DNA from: Verrucomicrobiota bacterium
GTDB lineage: Bacteria > Chlamydiota > Chlamydiia > Chlamydiales > SM23-39
Reading direction: 5' to 3'
Assembly (NCBI GenBank): GCA_018239895.1
Contig: JAFEGL010000003.1
Location: 289,859-353,858 of the forward strand
Length of the DNA: 64,000 nt
Position numbers and translations under genes: made by a program
Shown here: positions 7,641 through 17,733 of the stretch, in pieces
Numbering within the stretch: the stretch's first letter is position 1
How the letters are laid out: each line of letters opens with the position of its first letter
Notes under the pieces: generated by a model
The model's database searches: none
What the model saw: the letters and a program-made list of their open reading frames with translations, nothing else
Told to the model about the DNA's origin: nothing

Positions 7641-10600
7641 TTGACATACTGGCAGGATATGGCGAAGATACCTCTCCTTTTCCTTGGAAACCGATGGGAT
7701 TTGTTGGTTAAAAGGCTGATTGAATCGATCGAACAGGATAACCTGGACCCTTTTACCCTTCGTTTGGTGATTGTCCCCGATGGGAACATAAAATCTTGGG
7801 TTTTACAGCAAATGGCGCTCCACTCCTCAAGGGGAGGCGTTGCCGGCATTAAAATTTTATCCTGGCAAGAAGCTGTCCGCTACTTACTCGATCGAACGGG
7901 AAAAGAGCTCTCCTATCTAGAGCTCTATTTATCAGTGTATGAGGCCCTTCAAAATAGTTCTGAGGCTGAAATCGCCCAATATCTTGAAAAATCGCCTGAA
8001 AAGTTGACAGACCTAGCACAAGAGTTGTCTGATCTGTTTTCAACTTATGGATACTACGAACCCAAGTATCTTGAGGGAGACGATTGGCAAAGAAGGTTGT
8101 TAAAGAAGTTATTTGTCGAAGGCCCTTGGAAAATGCCCATTCAGCTGCTTGATCAAAAAGTCGATGCGGGGCCTGTGTATTGTTTCGGATGTGATTTTCT
8201 CCCTCCTGCTGTTTGGGATTTTCTTTTCAAGCTTCCACAACTAGAGATTTTTCATTTCTCTCCCTGCTCTTCCTATTGGGGAGACGTATGCACGGATCGC
8301 GAGAGGAGAAATTTAAGCCGCCACTGGAAGAAACAGAGAGTTTCCGAAGAAAAATTGCACGAGTTAGATGAATATTTGCGGGATGGGCATCCGCTGATTT
8401 CAAACTGGGGAAAGTTAGGTCGGGACACTTTGAATATTTTGGATCGGTACGAGCTCCATGTAGAGGAGATATACGATCCGTTAGAAGGGGCGGGGGGCTT
8501 AAAACAGCTTCAACGAGATCTTTTGCTTTATGAGAGATCTGAATTCTTGGAGGGAGATCGGACGCTTTGGATAAACCAGACTGGATCCTCTCGATTGCGA
8601 GAAATCCAGGTCCTCCGCGATGAAGTTCTCCGCGCAAAAGATAGAGGAATTTCTTTTGCCGATATGTCGGTCCTAGCTCCCGATTTGGGCGAGTATGCCC
8701 CGCTGATTGAACTGGTATTTTCCGATCCAGAATTCGAGATTCCTTTTCGGATGTCATGTATCGATACGCTCCCATTTAGTTCCTACTGGCAAGGGTTCAA
8801 AAAGTTAATCCTCTTGTCGAAATCGAGGTGGGAGGTAGATCGACTCTTGGAACTATTTGAAAATACCGCATTTCGTAAAAAGCAAGGGTGGGATCTGGAG
8901 CGACTTGACCTCATCCGCGGTTGGATTCACGATGCCAGGATTCAGTGGGGACGCAATCAGGAACAGAGGAAAACGGTCCTAGATAGTTTACTTGGCGAAG
9001 AGACCGAACGGGGGCTGCGTGGAACGTGGGAAGAAGGGGCTGATAGAGCGGTTCAAGGATTGGTCTATCTTTTCCCTGAGGATTGGGCTGAAATTCCTTC
9101 TCCCAGTCCGATTTCAGGGGTTGGTCTTGGTCAAGCCGATGAACTAGAGGAACTATTTAGCCTTCTTGAAGAGCTTCAAAACGATCTGGCGCCGCTGGCG
9201 GACTCTTCTAAAAGGAGTTTGCTATCCTGGGTGCAAATTTTAGAAAATTTAGCTGAAAAATATTTTGGAAATGATGAGTCTTCCCCTCTGCATGAAATTT
9301 TCTACGCCATCCGATATGCGAGCGATGTAATTTCTTCTGAATTCCCGTTCTCCGCATTAACTCATCTATTCGATCGGAAAGCTGAAGGACAGATTGGCGG
9401 CTCTTTGCTTCATGCTGTCCGATTTTCTTCTTTGAAAGAGGGCTCAACCTCCTCTTGCCGCGCCCTTTTTGTAATAGGCCTGGACGAGGAGAGCTTTCCT
9501 CGCAAAAATACCCCATCTTCTCTCGATTTGATGCGGGGACAAAAAAATGGCCCGCCTACGGCATCTGAGAAGGATCGGTATCTGTTTTTGCAAGCAATCC
9601 TCTCAGCTACAGACCAAATTTGCATTAGCTATGGTCATATTTCTCCTGAAGATGGAAAAGACATCGGTCCTTCAATTTTGGTTCAGGAATTGCAGACTTA
9701 TTTAAATAAAAAGGTTTCTACTGTCACACATCCAGGTTTTGCATTACACGTAAAGTGTTTTCAGGAACCTTTTTACCAATCGAGATCTAGAAAGGCTTTT
9801 CGAGCTGCTAAAATATATTATGGCAGCAAAGAGCCATTGGAATTCTGGAGACCCTTCGATTACCGGCCTGAAGTTGTTTTGCCTGAGGGGGAAATCACCC
9901 TCTCACTGCGCGATTTAGCCGCTTTATTTCGTCAGCCTTGGAAATTTTATCTTCAAAAAGTGATGAATTTCTCCTTTGAAGAAGAGGAAGATCAGAATTG
10001 GGAAGATTTTGAGATTGATTTCAAAAAACGGGCTCAAATTTTACGCTCGAGCTTGAAACAGCCACTCGAAGAGGTGATCGATACATTGGACCAAAAGAAC
10101 CGCTTCCCCGTGGGGCTATTTGGAGAGATGGCTCGGACAAAACTGGAAGAGACTCACGCCGAATGGAAGGAGAATTTAAAAGGATTCGGGCTTGAAAATG
10201 AGGCATTAAGAACTCTCAGATTGCGCGATATGAGAGATGGAGAATTCGATTTTCCTCCCATACAGCTCGAATGGGATCGATTGAAAGTCCAAATCCAAGG
10301 CGAAATAAAACTCTGCACTGTGCTGGGACCCGTCCACGTTAGCGACGACGCCCTTCCCTCTTTTCTTAGATCGTGGCCTGAGCACTTAGCAGCCCTTGTG
10401 GCTTTACAAACAAAATCGATTTTTCCGCTTAAAAAGGGGGTTCCCAAAATTGTCGAATCCCCTCTGAAAGCTTTGCGCAAGTGTGTTGAGCTATATTTTT
10501 TAGGTCTACAGACTCCGTTGCCCCTAGTTTCTGAATGGGCCGATCCCATTTTGCGTAAAACTTCCGATGAGCTGCAGAAGAAAATCGAAAATCCCGAGAC

Positions 10601-10754
10601 CCGAATTCCCGATATTGCCTTTGATTGGGTCAACGCTAGGATAGGAAAACCAAATGCCGAGGCGATTTTTACGGCTTGGGGAAACTATTTACGAGAGGCT
10701 CTAGGTGAGTTGATCAATCTTTACCCAACGCGGGGGAAAAATGGAGAGATTTGA
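7641..10754 (+). CDS. recC: Exodeoxyribonuclease V gamma subunit RecC
   Basis: 1037-aa ORF immediately upstream of recB and overlapping it. The N-terminus has RecC-like architecture (NRWDLL..DPF..VIVP). TTG at 7641, with an alternative ATG at 7659. Confidence 0.8.
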   Translation: MTYWQDMAKIPLLFLGNRWDLLVKRLIESIEQDNLDPFTLRLVIVPDGNIKSWVLQQMALHSSRGGVAGIKILSWQEAVRYLLDRTGKELSYLELYLSVYEALQNSSEAEIAQYLEKSPEKLTDLAQELSDLFSTYGYYEPKYLEGDDWQRRLLKKLFVEGPWKMPIQLLDQKVDAGPVYCFGCDFLPPAVWDFLFKLPQLEIFHFSPCSSYWGDVCTDRERRNLSRHWKKQRVSEEKLHELDEYLRDGHPLISNWGKLGRDTLNILDRYELHVEEIYDPLEGAGGLKQLQRDLLLYERSEFLEGDRTLWINQTGSSRLREIQVLRDEVLRAKDRGISFADMSVLAPDLGEYAPLIELVFSDPEFEIPFRMSCIDTLPFSSYWQGFKKLILLSKSRWEVDRLLELFENTAFRKKQGWDLERLDLIRGWIHDARIQWGRNQEQRKTVLDSLLGEETERGLRGTWEEGADRAVQGLVYLFPEDWAEIPSPSPISGVGLGQADELEELFSLLEELQNDLAPLADSSKRSLLSWVQILENLAEKYFGNDESSPLHEIFYAIRYASDVISSEFPFSALTHLFDRKAEGQIGGSLLHAVRFSSLKEGSTSSCRALFVIGLDEESFPRKNTPSSLDLMRGQKNGPPTASEKDRYLFLQAILSATDQICISYGHISPEDGKDIGPSILVQELQTYLNKKVSTVTHPGFALHVKCFQEPFYQSRSRKAFRAAKIYYGSKEPLEFWRPFDYRPEVVLPEGEITLSLRDLAALFRQPWKFYLQKVMNFSFEEEEDQNWEDFEIDFKKRAQILRSSLKQPLEEVIDTLDQKNRFPVGLFGEMARTKLEETHAEWKENLKGFGLENEALRTLRLRDMRDGEFDFPPIQLEWDRLKVQIQGEIKLCTVLGPVHVSDDALPSFLRSWPEHLAALVALQTKSIFPLKKGVPKIVESPLKALRKCVELYFLGLQTPLPLVSEWADPILRKTSDELQKKIENPETRIPDIAFDWVNARIGKPNAEAIFTAWGNYLREALGELINLYPTRGKNGEI

Positions 10755-13700
10755 CTGTTTGAGCCCCGATTGCTCGTTATTGGGACCCCATTTGCTCGAA
10801 GCTTCCGCCGGCACGGGGAAAACATTTGCCGTAGAGCAGATTTTTGTGCGGCTTCTCTTAGAAAAAGAGATTGAAATCGACCAAATTTTAGCGGTTACCT
10901 TTACTCGCGCGGCAACTAGGGAGTTAAAAGAGAGAATTCGCTCCAATATCGAAAAGGCGATTGCCCAGTTGAATAGTCAAGAGATTCAGTGGGAATATCT
11001 AACCCCCTATTGCGGCCAAACCGCCTCCATTCGGAGGCTTAGGGACGCATTGAATGGATTCGATCAAAGTCAAATATTTACTATTCACGGATTTTGCCAC
11101 CGGATGCTCAAGGAATTTGCTTTTGAAGCGGGGCTCCGATTTTCCTCTCAGTCTACAGAACCTACCAATGTCAAGATTCCAGAGTCGCTCAAAAAGGGCG
11201 TTGTAGATTTTTTATCCTATCTGAAGAGCGATCTTATATGTTCTGAACAGCTGGCAATCCTTTTGAAATCGTATAAAAGCTCGGAGAGGCTGGCTGAAGC
11301 GCTCTTGAAGCGCTCGATGAAGGAAATTGTCCAAGCCCCGACATTTGGAGACTTTTATCAAGAATATCGGATGTTAATAGGCTCGTGGAACCTGGAGAAA
11401 GCGGCACTCATGCGCGATTTCCAACTCCTGGAGAAAAACTATAAAGTGGCGGTAAAAGGGCCTTTTCTACAGCAGATCGAATACCTCGCTGGAGAACCTA
11501 CCGAAGAGGCCTTTCGATTCTTGCTTCGGGGTGAGGACACACTGTTTGAGTTTCTGGCCCCCTCGAATCGGAGAGTTAAGTTCACCCCGGTCATCGTTGA
11601 ATCGCAACCATTTTTCGACTGGGGACGAGTCCACTTGGTCCCCTTGATCGAAAGGGCCTCAAATTCCAAAACAATCTTTTCCGCTTTGTTAAGCGGCTGG
11701 ATCTCTTGTGCCCAGCGGCTGATGGATCAAGAAGAGCTTTTCGACCCGGATGCTATTTTGAAGAGGATGGGTGAAGCATTGAACCGCAGTCCATTCGTCG
11801 AAAAAATCAAGACGAGATATCAAGCTGTCATCGTCGATGAGTTTCAAGATACCGATCCCGTACAATGGGAGATCTTCCGCAACTTGTTTTTGGGAGCCTC
11901 TCCAGTAAAAGCTCTATTTTTTGTCGGAGATCCCAAGCAGTCAATCTATCGTTTTCGAAAAGCCGATATTTATACGTATCTGGAGGCAAAAGAACATCTC
12001 GATCCATCCCAACACTACTTTCTGGATACCAACTTCCGCTCTTCAGCCCCGTTGATTGGCGCCCTCAATGCCCTCTTTGAACGAGAGTGGCTCTCCCTCC
12101 CCAAATTGAAAAAGACGCTTCCCTATCTGCCTGTAAAAGCGGGGGCCAAGGGGATAGAAACATATGCAGATGGGAAAGGGGCCATCCATTTCTTTATTGG
12201 ACAAGGGGACATTTCCGATAGAAAATGGCCCTCCAAACCTCTCATGGATCAAGTATTTCTCCCATTCCTAGCGAAAGAAATCTCTCGTTTGAGAAGCGAA
12301 ACAGGTTCTTTGAACCGATTTGCCATACTAGTAAAAGACAGATACCAAGCGGGACAAGTCGTCCAGTTTTTACAAGAAAAAGGGCTGCCTGCTTTGACAA
12401 AGAGTCATGTCCCGCTGGGTGAGACATTTGCTTTTCAAGCACTGAAAGAACTTTTAGAGTCACTCATTGACCCAAAAAGCAGCAAAAAAGCCAGAGCTGT
12501 TCTAGCTGGGCCATTTTCCAGAATGAAAGCGGATGAAATTCCAATAGAAATACCTCCCCTATTTTATGAGCTCAAATCGATCCTTGAAGAGAAAGGTTTA
12601 GTTCCATTTCTCCGAATTTTTCTGGAAGCTCGATTCCATCGACTCTCACTTTGGGAGGCGATGGCATCCGAAGATCTCCATTTCATCCGCGACTTTTTCC
12701 ATGCAATTGAACTCTTGTTAGATTGGGAGCGGAAAGAGGGATTTTCCATCGATGGATTGAGTCGAGCTTTGAAAAATCTCTCCCTTCTCGAATCGGAAGA
12801 GGATGAGCAAGTGCGAAGGCGAATGGAGAGCGATGATGAAGCGATTCAAGTGATGACGATGCACGTCAGCAAAGGGTTGGAATTCGACGTTGTTTTTGCC
12901 CTTGGTCTGGCTACTCGAACGCCGAAACCTGAGGAAGAGCCTGAAGAACTCGAAGTAGAAAAATTGCGGCAGCTGTATGTTGCCATGACTCGGGCGAAAC
13001 GGCGTCTTTATTTACCCATCATTGTCGGCGGCAAGGAAGAAGGGCTGGAGGGGACCGATTCTCCTATTGAGTTGTTCCTGAGGATTTTTCGAGGCGAGAA
13101 GAGTCTTGAAAAAGCCTTAGAAGAGGTCGCTCAGAAATCGAGCATCAGCTGGGAAACACTGAGCTCGTCAGAGTTCGACGAGATTTTGAATAGCAACGAA
13201 CACATTTTAAAAGAGCCTCCGCTTCCAAATCTAAAGTATACTCCATCCTATCTCCACTCGTTCACTTCTTTGGCCCGAAAGGATGATTCAGAAAGATCAA
13301 CGCCCCTCCCAAACGATCAGTTTACAATCCATACCCTTCCGAGAGGTGCTGAAATGGGGATTGTCCTCCATGAGCTATTCGAAGATGTGTTCTCTTCCTC
13401 TCAAGCCATCTGGCAAAATCAGACAGCCCTATCCAATTACATCCTGGAAGAAATAAAACACTCAAAATTTGCCCCTTGGAAGGAGGTCATTCGAGATTTG
13501 GTTGTAGAGACTGTTTCTCTCCCCTTCCTCTCAGACTTGGAGCCGCAAGATGTCCGAGTTGAGGTGGAGTTTATTTATGAACAGCCGCCTCACTTCATCA
13601 AAGGTTTTGTAGATCTCGTATTTCGTCGGCACAACAAGCTTTACTTTCTTGACTGGAAGAGCAACTGGCTCGGAGAAAATGAAGACGCGTATGCTCCCGA

Positions 13701-13890
13701 ATATTTAGAGAAGGTCATGAAATCTCAAGATTACGAACTTCAAGCGTCCCTCTACGCTGAAGCTCTCAAGAGAGCTTTTGGGAATCTTGAATTCGGCGGA
13801 GCCTATTACATTTTCTTGCGTGGGATCCGATCTTCAAATCAAGGAGTTTTCTTCTTTCAACCACGAGGGGTCCATGCAATCTTGGCTTGA
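10741..13890 (+). CDS. recB: Exodeoxyribonuclease V beta subunit RecB (UvrD-type helicase plus PD-(D/E)xK nuclease)
   Basis: Walker A LEASAGTGKTFA, then VDEFQDTD, and the C-terminal nuclease motif GFVDLVFRRHNKLYFLDWKSNWLG. Confidence 0.9.
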   Translation: MERFDCLSPDCSLLGPHLLEASAGTGKTFAVEQIFVRLLLEKEIEIDQILAVTFTRAATRELKERIRSNIEKAIAQLNSQEIQWEYLTPYCGQTASIRRLRDALNGFDQSQIFTIHGFCHRMLKEFAFEAGLRFSSQSTEPTNVKIPESLKKGVVDFLSYLKSDLICSEQLAILLKSYKSSERLAEALLKRSMKEIVQAPTFGDFYQEYRMLIGSWNLEKAALMRDFQLLEKNYKVAVKGPFLQQIEYLAGEPTEEAFRFLLRGEDTLFEFLAPSNRRVKFTPVIVESQPFFDWGRVHLVPLIERASNSKTIFSALLSGWISCAQRLMDQEELFDPDAILKRMGEALNRSPFVEKIKTRYQAVIVDEFQDTDPVQWEIFRNLFLGASPVKALFFVGDPKQSIYRFRKADIYTYLEAKEHLDPSQHYFLDTNFRSSAPLIGALNALFEREWLSLPKLKKTLPYLPVKAGAKGIETYADGKGAIHFFIGQGDISDRKWPSKPLMDQVFLPFLAKEISRLRSETGSLNRFAILVKDRYQAGQVVQFLQEKGLPALTKSHVPLGETFAFQALKELLESLIDPKSSKKARAVLAGPFSRMKADEIPIEIPPLFYELKSILEEKGLVPFLRIFLEARFHRLSLWEAMASEDLHFIRDFFHAIELLLDWERKEGFSIDGLSRALKNLSLLESEEDEQVRRRMESDDEAIQVMTMHVSKGLEFDVVFALGLATRTPKPEEEPEELEVEKLRQLYVAMTRAKRRLYLPIIVGGKEEGLEGTDSPIELFLRIFRGEKSLEKALEEVAQKSSISWETLSSSEFDEILNSNEHILKEPPLPNLKYTPSYLHSFTSLARKDDSERSTPLPNDQFTIHTLPRGAEMGIVLHELFEDVFSSSQAIWQNQTALSNYILEEIKHSKFAPWKEVIRDLVVETVSLPFLSDLEPQDVRVEVEFIYEQPPHFIKGFVDLVFRRHNKLYFLDWKSNWLGENEDAYAPEYLEKVMKSQDYELQASLYAEALKRAFGNLEFGGAYYIFLRGIRSSNQGVFFFQPRGVHAILA

Positions 13891-15397
13891 CTCTTTTTTC
13901 GCGAATAAGATGATCGATCGATTTGGAGATGGAGACGAACAGTTTCTTTCCAAATTGATGAAATCGGCGCGAGAAGGGCACCTTTGTGTCAGGGAATCGC
14001 CCAATCGGCCTCTTCCTCAAGAAATGGTAAGCTCAGGAGCCGAACCATTCCCACTATCTCCAATCGTCCATTCCAACGGCCGTTACTATCTTCAGAGAAA
14101 TTGGGTGTATGAGAGTCTAATTTGTCGAGAAGTTCAACGCCTTTCCCAAAGATTGCCAGAACAAGCCCCTCCTCTGGATCGCCTAGTAGCGGATGGGAGG
14201 CTGCAACCTGGCCAGGCTCAAGCAATTCAATATGCCTTTGAGCATCAGTTGACGGTGTTGTCAGGTGGACCAGGAACTGGGAAAACCTATACAGCTGGGC
14301 ACTTGATCCGCCTTCTAGTCGAAACTTCAAATGTAAAGCGGCTTTACAAAGTCCGTTTGACGGCTCCTACAGGGAAGGCGGCGCAGCAGTTGCATGCCTC
14401 CTTCAGAAACCAGGGGATTGAAGCGGATGTAAGAACCGAGACGCTTCACCGGCTTTTAGGAATATATCCGGGGAAAAGCCGTCTTTTTTCCGATCGAAAG
14501 ATCGATGCGGATCTGGTGGTAGTCGATGAGGCCTCGATGATTGACGTCGATCTTTGGGCCCACCTTTTAGAGGCGATTGGCTCCAAGACAAGGCTGGTTC
14601 TTTTGGGAGATCCCAATCAATTGCCCCCGATTGAGGCGGGCAGCATTTTCGCAGACTTGACGGAGCATTGTGGCATCCAGTTGGAAAGATGCATGAGGAC
14701 CGAAGATAAAGAGCTACAACAATTAGCTCAGGGAATTCAGCGAGGAGATTTCGAAGCTGTATCCCAGCTTCTCAGCTCCGGCATAGGTGGCCCTTTTCTT
14801 TGGGATCCCGAAAGCATTTACCAAGAGATAGCTCCTCCCATCTTTCAAAGTCTTCCCGACCCTGCCAAATGCCTTGAATATTACAACCGATTTAGGGTTT
14901 TAGGAGCTTTGAGGCAAGGGCCATTTGGCATCGACACAATGAATGAGGAGCTTTTAAGGCTTTATACTCGCCAGATGAGACGGGGGGATTATTGGGCAGT
15001 TCCTATTTTGATATGTTCAAACGAACCTCGACTCGGACTTTATAATGGAAGCGCGGGGGTATTGATAGGTCCATATAAGGGATTTTTTCAACCGCGAGAT
15101 GGAACAGCCTACTTTTCTGACAGTGGAGGGGGTGTTAGATCGTTCCAACCGAATGTTCTCCCCAGCTATGAATGGGCTTTTTGCCTATCTATTCACAAAA
15201 GCCAAGGAAGCGAATTTGAAAGGGTTGTCGCTCTATTCCCTCCAGGAAGCGAGACTTTTGGAAGGGAGGCGCTTTATACAGCCGCTACACGGGCGAAAAA
15301 AAGCCTTAAGATATTGATAGAATCGGCTCTTTTGCGGGAGTTGGTGGTTCAAAAATCTCGCAAGATGTCGGGCGTTTTGGAGAGATTAATCTCTTAA
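13874..15397 (+). CDS. recD: Exodeoxyribonuclease V alpha subunit RecD
   Basis: SGGPGTGKTYT, VVDEASMID, LGDPNQLPPI and SIHKSQGSEF. The ATG at 13874 (MQSWLD) overlaps the end of recB by 17 nt, and the track ORF starts further upstream at 13778. Confidence 0.9.
   Translation: MQSWLDSFFANKMIDRFGDGDEQFLSKLMKSAREGHLCVRESPNRPLPQEMVSSGAEPFPLSPIVHSNGRYYLQRNWVYESLICREVQRLSQRLPEQAPPLDRLVADGRLQPGQAQAIQYAFEHQLTVLSGGPGTGKTYTAGHLIRLLVETSNVKRLYKVRLTAPTGKAAQQLHASFRNQGIEADVRTETLHRLLGIYPGKSRLFSDRKIDADLVVVDEASMIDVDLWAHLLEAIGSKTRLVLLGDPNQLPPIEAGSIFADLTEHCGIQLERCMRTEDKELQQLAQGIQRGDFEAVSQLLSSGIGGPFLWDPESIYQEIAPPIFQSLPDPAKCLEYYNRFRVLGALRQGPFGIDTMNEELLRLYTRQMRRGDYWAVPILICSNEPRLGLYNGSAGVLIGPYKGFFQPRDGTAYFSDSGGGVRSFQPNVLPSYEWAFCLSIHKSQGSEFERVVALFPPGSETFGREALYTAATRAKKSLKILIESALLRELVVQKSRKMSGVLERLIS
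14332..14348. repeat. Palindromic element copy 2 (TGTAAAGCGGCTTTACA), inside recD
   Basis: Read directly. In-frame, encoding N-V-K-R-L-Y-K. Confidence 0.95.
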
Positions 15398-16744
15398 ATA
15401 AGTAATTGCGCGTCCGATGAGGTGGCCTGTAAATATAGCAGTTCCATAAATGCCAGTTGAGGCCGCAGCCACCGCAGCTACACCGTAAAGAAGCGGGGTT
15501 TTATAATCTTTAATTAGTTGAACCCCTTTATTCAATAGAGAGCCTTTCTCGGTTTTTTGATTGTTGCTTAAGAGTTCAACTTTCGCATTGTCAACAGATT
15601 TGACCTCTTTGCCTTCAATTCGTCTAGGAGAGGCAGTTGGATCTTCGTCTGCTCGAGCCATTCGTCTGAGAGGGAGCTTTGGAATCGCTTCTTCAATTTG
15701 AATGGGGGGCGTTTGAGTTTGCTGAGGCGCTGCGGATGGCTGAACTGTGTTAGTTTGTGTAGGTGGTTGCTCTATTGCGGTCTCTTTATTTTCCGATCTA
15801 TACTTCTTGAGAGCGCTTATCCATGATTTTGCATTTAAAGCTGTTGTAAGACTCAAGGATGTAATCAAGGCTGCCTGGGTGGTTAATGCAGCTCCAGTTG
15901 CTATGACTCCAGGACCCGTAGCGATCCCTATAGCTACTGAGGCAAAAAGAACTGCGTTTGCAGCGTTGCGGATAGATTTTGCAGCTTTAGGAACAGATCT
16001 TGAGACGTTATCTAAATTTGGTTTATCGCTACTTTCAGGATCTGGAGCTAAAAGGGAGACAGTAAATGTTAGGCCTGAAACTATCAAAGTTCCCATACCA
16101 AATGCTGCATTGCTTGCAAATTCTTCAGCTTTTACGACAGGGGATGCGATTGATTCCGATTCAAAATAGTATTGGACCAGGCTGCTGGTAATTTGAGTAG
16201 TAGCTAAAAGAGAAATTGCAAGCACAGGTCCCGAAATGGATTGGGCAACTCTCTTTGCATTCATGTAGCACCGTTTCCCCCCCTGCATAAAAGCACCAAA
16301 GATGTCCTCGGCCGCATCATTGACGTTTTGAATTAAATTCAGTGGAAACAGGGCCATTTCTGCAAGAGTCTTGTTCACTTGGCTTGGTGTTGAGCCGAAT
16401 GCAAAACCAAACTTGATGGGTCTTTTGAATTTCTCGGATAGTTTTCTTAGTTGGGTAGCGCAATGATTTGACAACAAGCGGGACCCTAAGATCATTTCAT
16501 TGAAATCGTTCTTTTTGCTTTCTGGGATGGGAGTCAAATGAACGAATCTATGCCTTTGCAGGATAGAAGCTGTTTTCCATTTGTCTTCAATCTCGTTTTG
16601 AAGATTCCAAAGAAGCTCAACTTCTTTCCAGTTGCAGTATCGGTTCAGTCTGTGTTCAGGCTGAGCTAGATGACCTCGCAATTCGTGTAGAATACCGAGC
16701 CTTTGTTCCGCTAGCGCTAAATTCAACGAAATATTTGAAATCAT
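15386..16744 (-). CDS. Hypothetical membrane protein, Inc-like (long bilobed hydrophobic stretch, Q/P/T-rich linker, C-terminal TM)
   Basis: 452-aa ORF. Hydrophobic run AANAVLFASVAIGIATGPGVIATGAALTTQAALITSLSLTTAL. I recognise no enzymatic motif. Confidence 0.45.
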   Translation of the reverse strand: MISNISLNLALAEQRLGILHELRGHLAQPEHRLNRYCNWKEVELLWNLQNEIEDKWKTASILQRHRFVHLTPIPESKKNDFNEMILGSRLLSNHCATQLRKLSEKFKRPIKFGFAFGSTPSQVNKTLAEMALFPLNLIQNVNDAAEDIFGAFMQGGKRCYMNAKRVAQSISGPVLAISLLATTQITSSLVQYYFESESIASPVVKAEEFASNAAFGMGTLIVSGLTFTVSLLAPDPESSDKPNLDNVSRSVPKAAKSIRNAANAVLFASVAIGIATGPGVIATGAALTTQAALITSLSLTTALNAKSWISALKKYRSENKETAIEQPPTQTNTVQPSAAPQQTQTPPIQIEEAIPKLPLRRMARADEDPTASPRRIEGKEVKSVDNAKVELLSNNQKTEKGSLLNKGVQLIKDYKTPLLYGVAAVAAASTGIYGTAIFTGHLIGRAITYLRD

Positions 16745-16825
16745 GTAATTGCCGTATATTAACTTTGTTAGAAATTATAACAAAATATACGTAAACGGAC
16801 AATTGCAAGAAATTAGTTAAAACGA

Positions 16826-16841
16826 GGGTGTGAAAACACCC
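16826..16841 (-). terminator. Hairpin downstream of rpsT (GGGTGT-gaaa-ACACCC)
   Basis: 6-bp GC-rich stem with a 4-nt loop, 15 nt after the rpsT stop. On the minus strand it is followed by TCGTTTTAAC. Confidence 0.5.
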
Positions 16842-16855
16842 CCGCAATAATAATC

Positions 16856-17152
16856 TTAGAGGGAGGCTAGGCGGGCTGTCAGGCGCGATTTGGTGCGGGA
16901 AGCTTTTTGGGCTTTGTAAACACCTCTTTTAACACCCTTATCCATAAGGCTGTAGATTTCGCCAAGTTTTGTTTTGACAGCTTCGGGAGCTTCTTTTTTC
17001 GTGATAGAAGCTTCAAATGTCCGGATCGCGGTCAAGACTTCGGCTCGATAGGAGCGGTTGCGGAGACGTCTTTTCTCGCCTTGGATATCCCGTTTTTGGG
17101 CAGATGGTCTTCTTGTTTTTGCGCCTTTTGCAGCAGCTTTGTCTTCGGCCAT
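16856..17152 (-). CDS. rpsT: 30S ribosomal protein S20
   Basis: 98-aa basic protein. RRPSAQKRDIQGEKRRLRNRSYRAEVLTAIR is typical of S20. AGAGGA lies upstream of the ATG. Confidence 0.9.
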   Translation of the reverse strand: MAEDKAAAKGAKTRRPSAQKRDIQGEKRRLRNRSYRAEVLTAIRTFEASITKKEAPEAVKTKLGEIYSLMDKGVKRGVYKAQKASRTKSRLTARLASL

Positions 17153-17229
17153 GGGTCCTCTGTAAAGGTTGGATTGCGAATATTAAATGGCATTACTATA
17201 ATCGTAATTCCTAAATTCGTAAAGGGCCG

Positions 17230-17682
17230 ATGTTCTCTCAGCGCCGAATTCAGCTCTTTTTTCTGATGTTCGCAGTAGGAATATCCCTTTTTTTTGCTCT
17301 CCGATTCCTTTTTTTGTTAAATAATTTTTTTAATTTATCCGTTCAGGCGCCGGCTAAAGTTTCTCAATGGGAAATAGAGGAAATAGGAAATCGATGGGCT
17401 GTTAGAGCTATCTATTCTGCGGAATATCAAGGAAAAGTTTGGCTAGGGGCCACTCTTTTAAAAGATCAGCTCTTCCTGAATGAAGAAATCGCATTTCGAG
17501 CTCTCCAAGATTTGTCAAAAAAAAATTGGGTTGCTTGGATAAATCCCTCAAACCCAGCTTACTCTTCTCTTGAGAAGACTTTCCCATTGAATCTTTTGAT
17601 CAGGGCGTTAGTCTCAATTTCCGTCTTAATTTATTTTTACGTATTCCGCAAATGGTTTAATAATAAATTCCTTATCAGTTGA
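17230..17682 (+). CDS. Hypothetical membrane protein (N- and C-terminal TM segments flanking a soluble domain)
   Basis: 150-aa ORF with hydrophobic ends. No motif recognised. Confidence 0.45.
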   Translation: MFSQRRIQLFFLMFAVGISLFFALRFLFLLNNFFNLSVQAPAKVSQWEIEEIGNRWAVRAIYSAEYQGKVWLGATLLKDQLFLNEEIAFRALQDLSKKNWVAWINPSNPAYSSLEKTFPLNLLIRALVSISVLIYFYVFRKWFNNKFLIS

Positions 17683-17733
17683 TATTTAGTTTTGAAATGT
17701 GTATTATTTTGGGAAAATAAATCCTGAATTAAA

